51,714 nt of DNA from contig CAZKFG010000005.1 of the NCBI GenBank assembly GCA_964551985.1, forward strand, positions 1-51,714, read 5' to 3'. Position numbers and translations under genes: made by a program. The notes beneath the pieces were generated by a model. The model did no database searches. It had not been told where the DNA came from and saw nothing but the letters and a program-made list of their open reading frames with translations. Of this stretch, positions 9,724 through 19,170 are shown piece by piece. Numbering within the stretch: position 1 is the first letter of the stretch; each line of letters begins with the position of its first letter. The stretch is from an uncultured Acidaminococcales bacterium (GTDB taxonomy: Bacteria; Bacillota; Negativicutes; Acidaminococcales; JAISLQ01).

Positions 9724-10356
9724 TTAAAAGTTAAGCTGCTTAACATCCCCATTAAAAATAAACGGTAAAAGGTTTTTTACTTGCTCATATGGTAAATCCC
9801 ACCAGCACATAGCCTCTAATTTTCGTATTACATCTTGGTCAAAGCGTTTTCTGATAGGTTTTGCTGGTACTCCGCCTACAATTGTATACGATTCAACATC
9901 TTTTGTAACAACCGCTCTTGTACCTACAATAGCGCCGTTGCCAATGTGTACACCAGGCATAACAACTGCCTCATACCCTATCCAAACATCATTTCCAATC
10001 ACAATATCACCCTTATTGTCCCACGCCGTTGTAACTTTTGCTATTGGTAGTTTCCAGTCTTCAAAAAACAAGGGAAATGGATATGTTGATAAAAAAGCCA
10101 TTGTGTGATTTGCACTGGTGAAAATAAATTTTGCACCACAGGCAATAGAACAAAACTTTCCTATAAACAGCTTATCATTGTTAATTGGATAGTGATACAG
10201 TACATTGTTTTTTTCAAAATCCACAGGGTCGTTTACAAAATCATTGTATATTGTGTATGAACCAACTATGATATTTGGATTAGTAACAACCTTTTTCAGG
10301 TAGACAGTATGACGGTCGCCTGTCCGTGGATATATTTTTTCTACCGGAATAGACAT
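9724..10356 (-). CDS. Vat/CatB-related xenobiotic O-acetyltransferase (hexapeptide repeat)
   Basis: [45 protein letters not shown]. Confidence 0.9.
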   Translation of the reverse strand: MSIPVEKIYPRTGDRHTVYLKKVVTNPNIIVGSYTIYNDFVNDPVDFEKNNVLYHYPINNDKLFIGKFCSIACGAKFIFTSANHTMAFLSTYPFPLFFEDWKLPIAKVTTAWDNKGDIVIGNDVWIGYEAVVMPGVHIGNGAIVGTRAVVTKDVESYTIVGGVPAKPIRKRFDQDVIRKLEAMCWWDLPYEQVKNLLPFIFNGDVKQLNF

Positions 10357-10585
10357 ATGAAATCCCCCTAAAAGTTTGATTTTTTTTCACACCTATCCCG
10401 GCAGATGCAATACATAGCCTCATGACATTTCACCACCTATTATCTTCTATTCACCTTATCTGCCAAATGCAGGCAGACTATATGTTTTTTAAAATACTAA
10501 TACTTAAATGTAGCCTCACACGGTTTTAGCACTTAAATTGCTTATAAATACACTTCTAACAAGCAAAGATTGAAACTGCATTTTA

Positions 10586-10783
10586 TCATTCAATCCGAGT
10601 TAAGAGAAAAAATACCGATATCAAATACATCCAAGCTAAAAGCGCCACAGTATAACACGATGCCGCAACTATTGTCATAAATATACTGCGCTTACCCTCT
10701 CGCTTTAGCTTTTTGACTCTGACAACAGCAAACGAACCTGCTAAAAGCGCAATTACTAAAACCAAACCAAAGACAAACAGCAT
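10586..10783 (-). CDS. Small two-TM membrane protein
   Basis: AGGAGG RBS; two hydrophobic segments around a basic loop. Confidence 0.7.
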   Translation of the reverse strand: MLFVFGLVLVIALLAGSFAVVRVKKLKREGKRSIFMTIVAASCYTVALLAWMYLISVFFLLTRIE

Positions 10784-10840
10784 GCCGAAAATCCTCCTGC
10801 ATTCTTGATAGTTTAATTATAGCACAAAACTATCAAAACA

Positions 10841-12016
10841 CTACACAAGTAAAGATAATATGCTCGATTTTGTCAATACCCCTATAAGCTGCTCATTATC
10901 ATCTACAACAGCAACAGGACACACGGAATTTGCCACAAGGCTCATCACATCACGCACACAAATATTGCCTTTTGTCGTATTTATTTCTCTTAAACTCAAA
11001 TCCGCTATCTTTTTACCTTCTTTTTGAGCATATACTATATCGTCTAAAGTCAAAAGTCCTTTTAACCGCTTATTGTCATCAACGACATACACAATCATCG
11101 ATTGTTTATCATGCATAGTCTGGATTACAAAATCAATATCGTCAGAGATTTTCACAAAGTTGTCTGGTTTAGACATAATCTTGCGCACATACAAAACCTT
11201 AGATTTGTCAGCTGAATCAATAAAACTGCGCACATAATCATCAGCCGGATGTTCCATCATATCTTCGGGTTTTGCTATTTGGACAAATTGCCCGTCTCGC
11301 ATAATCGCTATAGTATCACCTAGTTTAAACGCTTCTTCAATATCGTGAGTGATAAAAATAACTGTTTTTTTCAGCTTACGTTGAATGGACAACAATTCTG
11401 ATTGCATATCCTGCTTGACAAGAGGGTCTAGCGCAGAAAACGGCTCGTCCATCAAGAGTACTTCAGGGTCATTAGCAATCGCTCTAGCCAAACCTACCCT
11501 TTGTCGCATACCACCGGATAGTTGTCCGCATGCTTTATTCTCTAAACCTTCAAGTCCTACCATCGATAATGCTTCTTTAGCAAGCTTTTCACGTTCGGCT
11601 CTTGCTACACCTCTTACCTCAAGTCCATAGGCGACATTGCCAAGCACATCTCTATGGCTCATCAAGCCAAAAGACTGAAATACCATCGCAATTTTTCTGC
11701 GCCTAAACTCTCGAAGTTCTGCACTAGACATTTTCATCAGATCTGTACCATCAAACAAGATACTGCCGGAAGTTGGCTTGTTGAGCCTATTAAAACAACG
11801 AACCAAAGTCGATTTGCCAGAACCTGATAATCCAATAATGACAAATATCTTACCACGAGGCACCGTCAAACTCACATCATAAAGAGCAACAGTCGCACCG
11901 GTTTTTTTATAAATTTCGTCTTTAGTCGCACCGTTTTTCATCATAAAAGCAGCTTTTTCACGCTTTGTGCCATAGATTTTACTTACATTTTTGGCTTCAA
12001 TAATAATATCCGTCAT
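10841..12016 (-). CDS. proV: Glycine betaine/proline ABC transporter ATPase with CBS domains (OpuAA/ProV/BusAA)
   Basis: GLSGSGKST, LSGGMRQRVGLARA, MDEPFSALDP; C-terminal CBS pair. Confidence 0.92.
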   Translation of the reverse strand: MTDIIIEAKNVSKIYGTKREKAAFMMKNGATKDEIYKKTGATVALYDVSLTVPRGKIFVIIGLSGSGKSTLVRCFNRLNKPTSGSILFDGTDLMKMSSAELREFRRRKIAMVFQSFGLMSHRDVLGNVAYGLEVRGVARAEREKLAKEALSMVGLEGLENKACGQLSGGMRQRVGLARAIANDPEVLLMDEPFSALDPLVKQDMQSELLSIQRKLKKTVIFITHDIEEAFKLGDTIAIMRDGQFVQIAKPEDMMEHPADDYVRSFIDSADKSKVLYVRKIMSKPDNFVKISDDIDFVIQTMHDKQSMIVYVVDDNKRLKGLLTLDDIVYAQKEGKKIADLSLREINTTKGNICVRDVMSLVANSVCPVAVVDDNEQLIGVLTKSSILSLLV

Positions 12017-12885
12017 TTCGCATCACCCCCTGCATTTTTCTTGGGGGCAAACCACCCTTGCGTAATTCTATCTAATATAATAGCAAGAATTACCACCGCA
12101 CCGCCTGCTATAAAGCCACGACTTATCTCTATGCGATTGACCGCTATAAGCACTTCATTACCAAGACCACGAGCACCAATCATCGAGCACGTAACAACCA
12201 TTGACATAGCCATCATCAAAGTCTGATTGACACCAGTCATTATTGTAGGCAAAGCCTGAGGAATTTGCACTTTAAACAACATCTGTACCCGCGTTGAGCC
12301 AAAAGACTTAGCCGCCTCTACAACCTCAGCGTCAACTTGGCGAATACCAAGACTAGTCAGACGAATTACCGGCACCATAGAATAAATAACCGTTGCGATT
12401 ACAGCCGAAGCTGAACCCATGCCAAAGAAAATTACTGCTGGAATCAAATAAACAAACACAGGCATTGTCTGCATCAAATCGAGTACAGGTCTTAGCATCA
12501 TATTTGCCCGTCTTGATGCTGAAATCAAAACACCAATAGGAAGACCAATCAACAAGGCTACAATAACACTTGCCAAAACAATAGATAAAGTTAAATTCAT
12601 CAAACTCCAAAGACCAAGTAAGCCTATTATAAACAACAAACAGCTATAAACAATGGCAGATTTGGCATTGCCGTTTAACTTGCATTTCAAAAAAAACACT
12701 AAGCCAATCAACACAAACCATGGGATATGTTCAAGTGCAAAATATATAATATTAACAAAATCCACAAGAGCATACTTAATACCATCAAAAACCGCTGTAT
12801 GTTCCACCGCAAAGCTGCGCACAGCTTCATCTATACCATTAGTATTCAAATCAATTGTAAATGGGAACTCAAACAACCAATCCAT
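12013..12885 (-). CDS. proW: Glycine betaine/proline ABC transporter permease
   Basis: LDLMQTMPVFVYLIP, EAAKSFG, GVNQTLMMAMSMVV. Confidence 0.92.
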   Translation of the reverse strand: MDWLFEFPFTIDLNTNGIDEAVRSFAVEHTAVFDGIKYALVDFVNIIYFALEHIPWFVLIGLVFFLKCKLNGNAKSAIVYSCLLFIIGLLGLWSLMNLTLSIVLASVIVALLIGLPIGVLISASRRANMMLRPVLDLMQTMPVFVYLIPAVIFFGMGSASAVIATVIYSMVPVIRLTSLGIRQVDAEVVEAAKSFGSTRVQMLFKVQIPQALPTIMTGVNQTLMMAMSMVVTCSMIGARGLGNEVLIAVNRIEISRGFIAGGAVVILAIILDRITQGWFAPKKNAGGDAK

Positions 12886-12894
12886 AGTGCCTCC

Positions 12895-13893
12895 TTAGCC
12901 AATAGCATCATACAATTTTTTTGCTTGCTCTTTAGTCAACCAAGATTCCACAAGCTCAGGATGCTTTTTCAAAAACCACTTAGCCGCAGTCTTATAATCC
13001 GAACCAGTATCTTTAATGTAAGCAAGTGCTTCGCTCGTCAAAGCTGATGATGTTTTATATTTTGCTAAAAAACTGCTAAAATCAGGATTTTTATCAAAAA
13101 AACCATTACTTGCACACACAGTAACTTTTATAGATGGTGCTGCGCATTTTCCCTCGAGAAAATCCTTTTCGTTATACTCATCATCTTCCAAAAGCACAAA
13201 ATCATACTTACCCAAAAGCCAAGTAGGATTCCAATAATAAGCAACTACAGGCAAACCCTTATCATAAGCTGAAACCAAAACCGCACTTGTTGCAGCATCA
13301 GTACCAGGCTCTAAGTAGTTATAATCTTCATTAAGCGCATAATAAAAATACTTTTTGTGCATAACCTTAGTAATTTCCCAACCAGTAATACCGCCATAAA
13401 TAACCCCTTTAGAACTATCTTGAGGGTCTTTAAACAAATGAGCATAATCTTTCAAATCAGAAACACTGCGCAAATTAGGGGCTATAGCCTTTATACTACG
13501 TGCGCTGTCGCCTTCTATGACATATCTTGGTACATAAAATCCTTGCTCGGTATCATCAAAATTAATACCAAGCTCTTTAAACGCATTATTTTTCAAATCT
13601 GTTTTATAGTTTGGCAAATTATCAGTCCACATCTCCATATGTACATCAACTTCACCTTTTTTTACCGCTTCATAAATTATAGGAGTACTCCCTGAAACCT
13701 CTGTCCACTTATAACCAAAAACACTCTCGGCGATAGTACCGGCTACAGCATTGTGAAATAAAATTGAATCCCAACCAACATCTGCAAAGCTAATTGTCTT
13801 AGACTTTGTAGAAGTTGTGCACCCTGCTAAAACAATACACACAAACACTGCAATAAACACCAAAGACAATCTTTTCCAAATGGTTTTCATCAT
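12895..13893 (-). CDS. proX: Glycine betaine ABC transporter substrate-binding lipoprotein
   Basis: Lipobox LAGC; WDS, MEMW, YYWNPTW; operon context. Confidence 0.88.
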   Translation of the reverse strand: MMKTIWKRLSLVFIAVFVCIVLAGCTTSTKSKTISFADVGWDSILFHNAVAGTIAESVFGYKWTEVSGSTPIIYEAVKKGEVDVHMEMWTDNLPNYKTDLKNNAFKELGINFDDTEQGFYVPRYVIEGDSARSIKAIAPNLRSVSDLKDYAHLFKDPQDSSKGVIYGGITGWEITKVMHKKYFYYALNEDYNYLEPGTDAATSAVLVSAYDKGLPVVAYYWNPTWLLGKYDFVLLEDDEYNEKDFLEGKCAAPSIKVTVCASNGFFDKNPDFSSFLAKYKTSSALTSEALAYIKDTGSDYKTAAKWFLKKHPELVESWLTKEQAKKLYDAIG

Positions 13894-13910
13894 TAACCCT
13901 CCACTCTTTC

Positions 13911-13954
13911 AAAGTAACAACTTTTATTATATACAAAAGTTGTCTCTTTGTCAA
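13911..13954 (-). promoter_or_regulatory. Sigma-A promoter overlapped by a BusR-like operator
   Basis: Minus strand TTGACA (13954-13949), 17 nt, TATAAT (13931-13926); inverted repeat AAAGTAAC-N23-GTCTCTTT. Confidence 0.8.
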
Positions 13955-13964
13955 ATAGCACAAT

Positions 13965-14005
13965 AAAAAACCTCTAACAATAGTCTATAACTACTGTTAG
14001 AGGTT
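13965..14005 (-). terminator. busR terminator
   Basis: aacctctaaca...tgttagaggtt stem with a T-run on the minus strand. Confidence 0.75.
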
Positions 14006-14016
14006 AAATATTTATC

Positions 14017-14646
14017 TTAAAACAAATAATCTCTTACCCTTTGATCTGAATCTTCCTGACAAACAAAATATACAATATCATCAACTTGTATTGTAGCATA
14101 AGGTCCAGGCGATCTAATCAAACCATTATTTCTTTTAATTGCAACCAATGTTGCTCCCGTATGTTGCCAAAACTGAATTTGCTGAACAGACTTTGTCAAA
14201 TGTTTGCAATCTTTGGTAATACGCACAGAAAATGGCATCAAAGGGTTCATTGAACGAAAATGCTCCGTCGCTGAAATAAGCTCTGCTAAATTATCGTTAA
14301 GACTATCCATCTCTTTTTGTTGTCTTTCAATATTCTGAGCTATTGCGGTCTTTAAAGTCTCTATGGTCGTTCGGTTATTAAATTGCGTTAGAAAATCGAC
14401 AGCATTATCTCGAGATTTAATAACCATACCGCTACCCTTTTGGGATTTGACAATATCCAAATCAGACAAAACGCAAAAGGCTCTTCTTGCCGTCTCTGGC
14501 GAAACATTGTACTGACTGGCAACAGATGATCTGCCGTAAATTTTTTGACCAATCTCATACTCTTCATTTACTATTTTAGATGCAATTTCAAGTGCAATCT
14601 GTTGGTATCTTGGAATTGACACATTCATTTGTCTGTCATCTTGCAT
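14017..14646 (-). CDS. busR: BusR-type GntR/TrkA-C (RCK_C) regulator
   Basis: PRYQQIA...GRS...YNVSPETARRA winged HTH; FWQHTGATLVAIKR...SPGPYA RCK_C; adjacent to the betaine transporter. Confidence 0.9.
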   Translation of the reverse strand: MQDDRQMNVSIPRYQQIALEIASKIVNEEYEIGQKIYGRSSVASQYNVSPETARRAFCVLSDLDIVKSQKGSGMVIKSRDNAVDFLTQFNNRTTIETLKTAIAQNIERQQKEMDSLNDNLAELISATEHFRSMNPLMPFSVRITKDCKHLTKSVQQIQFWQHTGATLVAIKRNNGLIRSPGPYATIQVDDIVYFVCQEDSDQRVRDYLF

Positions 14647-14744
14647 AAATAATCCCTCACAAAAAATATGCAATTTTTATACCCATTTATCATATCACAA
14701 TAAAACAACGTGCGCAACAATCTGCCTGATTCAAAAACAATCCA

Positions 14745-14981
14745 TCATTTTTTCAGTTTATGAACCGTTATAACAGTATAGCTACTAGCATTGATTGTAA
14801 AAACAAAGCCGCCAGCTGTAACATACCAATTTTTCCCTTTTCTTGTTAACACAGCTTCAGGTGATGCGACAATGTTTTTACACCACAAAACAACATCTTC
14901 ATCTTGCACTAAAGCATTTTTGGCAATCCGTTTTACACCAAGCTGTGTTGTGTGCAGTTTATCTATCCAATTTTTCCCCAT
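14745..14981 (-). CDS. DUF3781-like small protein
   Basis: LHTTQLGVKRI, RKGKNWYV, TINASSYTVITVH. Confidence 0.75.
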   Translation of the reverse strand: MGKNWIDKLHTTQLGVKRIAKNALVQDEDVVLWCKNIVASPEAVLTRKGKNWYVTAGGFVFTINASSYTVITVHKLKK

Positions 14982-14985
14982 ACTT

Positions 14986-16875
14986 TTATTTTATTACCTC
15001 TTCAACCTCACCATAAATGTAAAATCTATTTTTGCCCCGTTCTTTAGAGATATAAAGTGCCTTATCAGCTTTTTTATACAACTGTTTAAAATCAGCACCA
15101 TCTTTTGGGTAAACAGCAATTCCTATACTACTAGAGACCATGCAAGTTATGTTATCTATAGTAATAGTGCGGTGCAAAGTTTTTGCAAGCTGTTTTGCCC
15201 TATTATTAAGCCAATGTTCATTAGGAAAATTTTTCAAAAAGATTGCAAACTCATCTCCTCCGACCCGTCCTATAATATCCGATTCACGAAAAACGCTTTT
15301 AATCGCACTGGCAAACTCGCATATGACAAAATCACCAAACAAATGGCCAAAACTATCGTTTATACTCTTAAAATTATCAATATCCAGCATGAAAAAAGCA
15401 TGTAAACTATCTTTAGAACTAAGCAAACTATGTTCTATCAAATGTTCGGTTGCACGTTTATTATAGAGATTTGTCAAAGAATCACGCTGCGTATCTTCAA
15501 TTAGGCGCTGCTCTTTTTCCTTTTCTTCTGTTACATCTTGCAAATATTCAATCATTCGCACAGACTTATCCGACTCTAAACTAAACAAGCGGGCAGACAC
15601 CCTTATCCAAGAATATCTATCACCATCAGTCTTCATCAAGAACTCATAACTAAAACTATTCATGCCACACGCAAATGACTCTAGCAGCCTTTCAGTTGCA
15701 AAAGTATGCAAAAATTCCTCTTGATATTCTTCTTTAACCTTTTGTTTAGCAAAGGCTTCAAGCATCTCATTATAGCTTTTATTGTCTTTTAAAACAAGCT
15801 CGTCAAAAAGCCTTTTAGTACTTTCACCAACAGGCAAGCCATTTGTCAAATCATACTCATAAACACTTGCATACAGACCTTTGGTAGTCTCTGTCAAAAG
15901 GTGTTCATATTCAAATACACGAGACAAAATTTCTTGCTTTTGTCTGATAAATTTCAGCCTTTGGCGATAGCTATATATAAACATCAATAAAACCAATAAA
16001 ATACTAAGCGCAACAACAATAATGATAATGTTTAGATACACCCGCAAAAAATCAGTAAAACTTATAATCTCCACATAGCGACCAAGCCATTTATTACTAA
16101 GTTTACGACTAGTTCCATCGCTAATCCTTTTGACAATAGCCGCATCTAATGCATCAATAAGTTTTTCATTACCACTTTTGGCTGCCATACAAAAATTATT
16201 ATTAGACAATATCGGTCCTGCTGCCTTAATATCACTACTATCAAGTCTAGCGAGTGCACGTCTACCAACAGAATAACGAGCAATAGCAAAATCATTTTCG
16301 CCATTTTTTACAGACTCGAACACCTCGCTGTAAGTTTTATAAGAAGCAGTTTTTGAATCTAGTTTATACGGATACACAAAAAGCGGATAAATGCCACTAT
16401 TTTCAAGTACTGCAATCTTTTTATCATATAGTTCACTAATATTAAAATAAGCATTTTTCCCAAATGCAACAAAAGGATCAGAATGCAGTGGCATCGAAAC
16501 CTCCAGTTCAGGTGTCTGAGTAGGCATATACTCAAGGCCTAATAATAAATCTGCTTTACCCTTTTTGACCGCATCTAAAGCTTCGCTCCAACTCATCAAA
16601 TAAATTACAACATTTTTTTGCATAGTGTCAGCAAGTGCATACATCATCTCTACATCATATCCGGCAATGTTGCCATTTTTATCCATAAAAGAATACGGCT
16701 CAAAATCCCTATCGGCAACAACAACAATAGTCTCACTATAAACATTATTCGCCCTAAAAGAAACATCAGACGATGTACTAGTAAAATGCATCATCCCAAG
16801 TAGCAAACAAACGATAGCAGCGACAGTAGTAAATATTGTCAAACTTATTTTGTTATTCTTTATAAAAACTTTCAC
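14986..16875 (-). CDS. Membrane diguanylate cyclase with extracytoplasmic amino-acid-binding (family 3 SBP) domain
   Basis: N-terminal TM, DFEPYSF...GYDVE SBP domain, second TM, PAS-like segment, DIDNFKSIND and RESD-x5-GGDEF; probable GTG start at 16875. Confidence 0.9.
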   Translation of the reverse strand: MKVFIKNNKISLTIFTTVAAIVCLLLGMMHFTSTSSDVSFRANNVYSETIVVVADRDFEPYSFMDKNGNIAGYDVEMMYALADTMQKNVVIYLMSWSEALDAVKKGKADLLLGLEYMPTQTPELEVSMPLHSDPFVAFGKNAYFNISELYDKKIAVLENSGIYPLFVYPYKLDSKTASYKTYSEVFESVKNGENDFAIARYSVGRRALARLDSSDIKAAGPILSNNNFCMAAKSGNEKLIDALDAAIVKRISDGTSRKLSNKWLGRYVEIISFTDFLRVYLNIIIIVVALSILLVLLMFIYSYRQRLKFIRQKQEILSRVFEYEHLLTETTKGLYASVYEYDLTNGLPVGESTKRLFDELVLKDNKSYNEMLEAFAKQKVKEEYQEEFLHTFATERLLESFACGMNSFSYEFLMKTDGDRYSWIRVSARLFSLESDKSVRMIEYLQDVTEEKEKEQRLIEDTQRDSLTNLYNKRATEHLIEHSLLSSKDSLHAFFMLDIDNFKSINDSFGHLFGDFVICEFASAIKSVFRESDIIGRVGGDEFAIFLKNFPNEHWLNNRAKQLAKTLHRTITIDNITCMVSSSIGIAVYPKDGADFKQLYKKADKALYISKERGKNRFYIYGEVEEVIK

Positions 16876-17134
16876 AATAAATCTTCCTTTAAATAATTTT
16901 ATAATTATGTGCAATTTTCATACAGCAATCATTTATTAAATATAATATTTTCAAATATATTTACATTTATTTGAAAACAATTTTGCAGCAACACCAAAAA
17001 ACTTTGTAGTGCCTATTTTAAAATTGATTGTTGATAAGCAACCTTATAATAATATGTTTATAATACCATTATAGCATATACACAAAAATTTGTATTCTTA
17101 AACAACTTATTAATTTCATAGATAAATTACATAC

Positions 17135-17163
17135 TTGCTTTTTTTATAGCACAATGTTATAGT
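17135..17163 (+). promoter_or_regulatory. Putative promoter of the rsgA leader
   Basis: TTGCTT, 17 nt, TATAGT with extended -10 TG. Confidence 0.55.
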
Positions 17164-17354
17164 GAAAAAAATAATCTTATAAATTATAAGATTACCAAGG
17201 AGTGTATTTTGTTGTTGGCAATTGTTCAGGTGGCTTTTTGCTAAAAGTAAATATAGTGCAATAACATAAAGCGCAGCTAATTTAGTAATGTGCTTGTATT
17301 TGTTGCACTTGCCTTTCGTGAAAACTGTCATATACTTTCGCATTGCCCCTATAT

Positions 17355-17394
17355 CCGCAAGACAGACACAAAGGTCTGTTTTAGCGGTATTTTT
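17355..17394 (+). terminator. Leader (attenuator-type) terminator upstream of rsgA
   Basis: ccgcaagacagac-acaaag-gtctgttttagcgg followed by tattttt. Confidence 0.65.
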
Positions 17395-17456
17395 ACGCCT
17401 TTTTTTAAAAAGCCTTATGACAAATATACAAAACATACTTTTTGGAGGTACAAATA

Positions 17457-18506
17457 ATGTACATGCAAATATACGGACTTTGTCCAGCACATATACCAGA
17501 AAACAGTCTCGGAATACCGGCACGCATCAGTGCTGTACACCGTAACCGGTTTGAAATAATATGCGAATTTGGCACTGGTTTTGCCAAGCTCAAGACAAGT
17601 CAATACCTTATCGGTAAAGAAATTATCCCAACAACAGGAGATTTTGTCCTTTTAGACTGGCAAGCCGGCAGTGACAGTCGTATACTAAAAACACTAGCGC
17701 GCACAACGTATTTTTCCAGGCTCGACCCGTCTTCATCAGGACACGCCCAACAAGCAGTTGCCGCAAACTTTGACTATGTATTTATTGTGCAGGCAATAGG
17801 TGGCGATTTTAATACTAGGCGCCTTGAAAGATACCTTACACTCGCTTGGCAGTCAGGCGCAACCCCTGTTGTCATCTTGACCAAAGCAGACAATACAGAA
17901 AACCTAGAGCCTTACATCCTTGCCGCCCAAGACTCTGCTATCGGTGCTGAAGTATTTGCCGTAAGTGCCAAAACAGGCTACCAACTAGACAAGTTAAAAA
18001 CCTACCTACAGCCCCAAAAAACCATTGTCTTTCTCGGTTCATCAGGTGTTGGCAAATCCACATTAGTCAATACTCTTGCCCAAGAACAGATAATGGCAAC
18101 AAACAGCATTCGAGAAGATGACGACAAAGGCAGGCACATAACAAGCCATCGCCAACTAGTACTTTTAAAAAACGGTGCTATGCTCATCGACACGCCAGGA
18201 ATGCGCGAACTCGGCATGTTAAATCTTGATGCCAGTCTTGATAAAAGCTTCGCTGATGTGAAAAAATATCTCGGTCAATGCAAATTCAGCGACTGTAAAC
18301 ATCAAACAGAACCAGGATGCCAAATTATGCAAGCAATAGCGCAAGGAAAACTAGATACAAAACGCTGGCAAGCATATTTAAAACTACATAAAGAAATGCA
18401 ATTTACTGACGATAAAACAACCTATCTAAAAGAAAAACAAGAAAAATTTAAACAAATATCAAAAACAGTAAAACACCTAAAAGCAAAAAACAAAATTAAA
18501 CATTAA
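17457..18506 (+). CDS. rsgA: Ribosome small subunit-dependent GTPase A (long, paralogue-type)
   Basis: Circularly permuted GTPase: TKAD, GSSGVGKST, GRHIT, DTPGMRE; zinc finger CKFSDCKHQTEPGC; GGAGG RBS before ATG 17457. Confidence 0.92.
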   Translation: MYMQIYGLCPAHIPENSLGIPARISAVHRNRFEIICEFGTGFAKLKTSQYLIGKEIIPTTGDFVLLDWQAGSDSRILKTLARTTYFSRLDPSSSGHAQQAVAANFDYVFIVQAIGGDFNTRRLERYLTLAWQSGATPVVILTKADNTENLEPYILAAQDSAIGAEVFAVSAKTGYQLDKLKTYLQPQKTIVFLGSSGVGKSTLVNTLAQEQIMATNSIREDDDKGRHITSHRQLVLLKNGAMLIDTPGMRELGMLNLDASLDKSFADVKKYLGQCKFSDCKHQTEPGCQIMQAIAQGKLDTKRWQAYLKLHKEMQFTDDKTTYLKEKQEKFKQISKTVKHLKAKNKIKH

Positions 18507-18510
18507 AAAA

Positions 18511-18543
18511 ATAAAAGATTAAGGACTAGCCTTAATCTTTTAT
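18511..18543. terminator. Bidirectional terminator
   Basis: ataaaagattaagg-actag-ccttaatcttttat. Confidence 0.8.
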
Positions 18544-18555
18544 TGCGCTACAATA

Positions 18556-19026
18556 TCAGTTAAAATCTTGACTTTTCGTAGTTATAAACATGCTTGTTCC
18601 CACAAGCACATCTTCTATTTTCTCAATAATCAGCCAATCGTCCATAGTATTTTGATGCTCAAAAACAAACGGTGGCTCGATAACTTTAACATCGGAAAAC
18701 TCCACAAGACACAAACATTTTTTGTGCCAGCGCTCTTTTTGCTTATCGGTCAAATTAAGCTTTGGTTGATTATCGGCAAGCACTTTAACAATTTCATCAT
18801 CTGTTAACTTGGCAAAATTTTGAACATTATCAACTTTTGCCAAGGCACAAATACTCGTTGTCCCTTTTTGCATAAAATATAAAATATCACCTGCAAACAC
18901 TCTGCTGTGAGGTAGTTTTCTTCCAGCTGCACCTCTAACTACCATTGTCTTTGTATTATTCATAATCTTATCAAGAATGCGCTGACCTTTTTTACCTACA
19001 TTATCACAATAAACCAAATGCACCAT
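18556..19026 (-). CDS. Conserved hypothetical protein (possibly ASCH/PUA-like)
   Basis: LDKIMNNTKTMVVRG...GDILYF resembles the ASCH IxxGxKTxxxR...GD pattern; fold is an inference. Confidence 0.6.
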   Translation of the reverse strand: MVHLVYCDNVGKKGQRILDKIMNNTKTMVVRGAAGRKLPHSRVFAGDILYFMQKGTTSICALAKVDNVQNFAKLTDDEIVKVLADNQPKLNLTDKQKERWHKKCLCLVEFSDVKVIEPPFVFEHQNTMDDWLIIEKIEDVLVGTSMFITTKSQDFN

Positions 19027-19098
19027 CTGTAAGGCTACCACCTCTTAAAATTCAAAACATTTTTCTTCGCAATTAATATAGCATACTTTTACACATAG

Positions 19099-19129
19099 AT
19101 AAATAGCCGTTTATTTGACGGCCATTTAT
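19099..19129. terminator. Terminator-like hairpin downstream of the AraC gene
   Basis: ataaatagccgt-ttatttg-acggccatttat. Confidence 0.55.
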
Positions 19130-19170
19130 TTTTTATTAAGTTAAGACACATCTTAACACAACCACTTAGC

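Noticed and set aside
17116-17603. Several short ORFs around the rsgA leader
   Set aside because: They overlap the leader or rsgA, lack RBSs and have no family resemblance.
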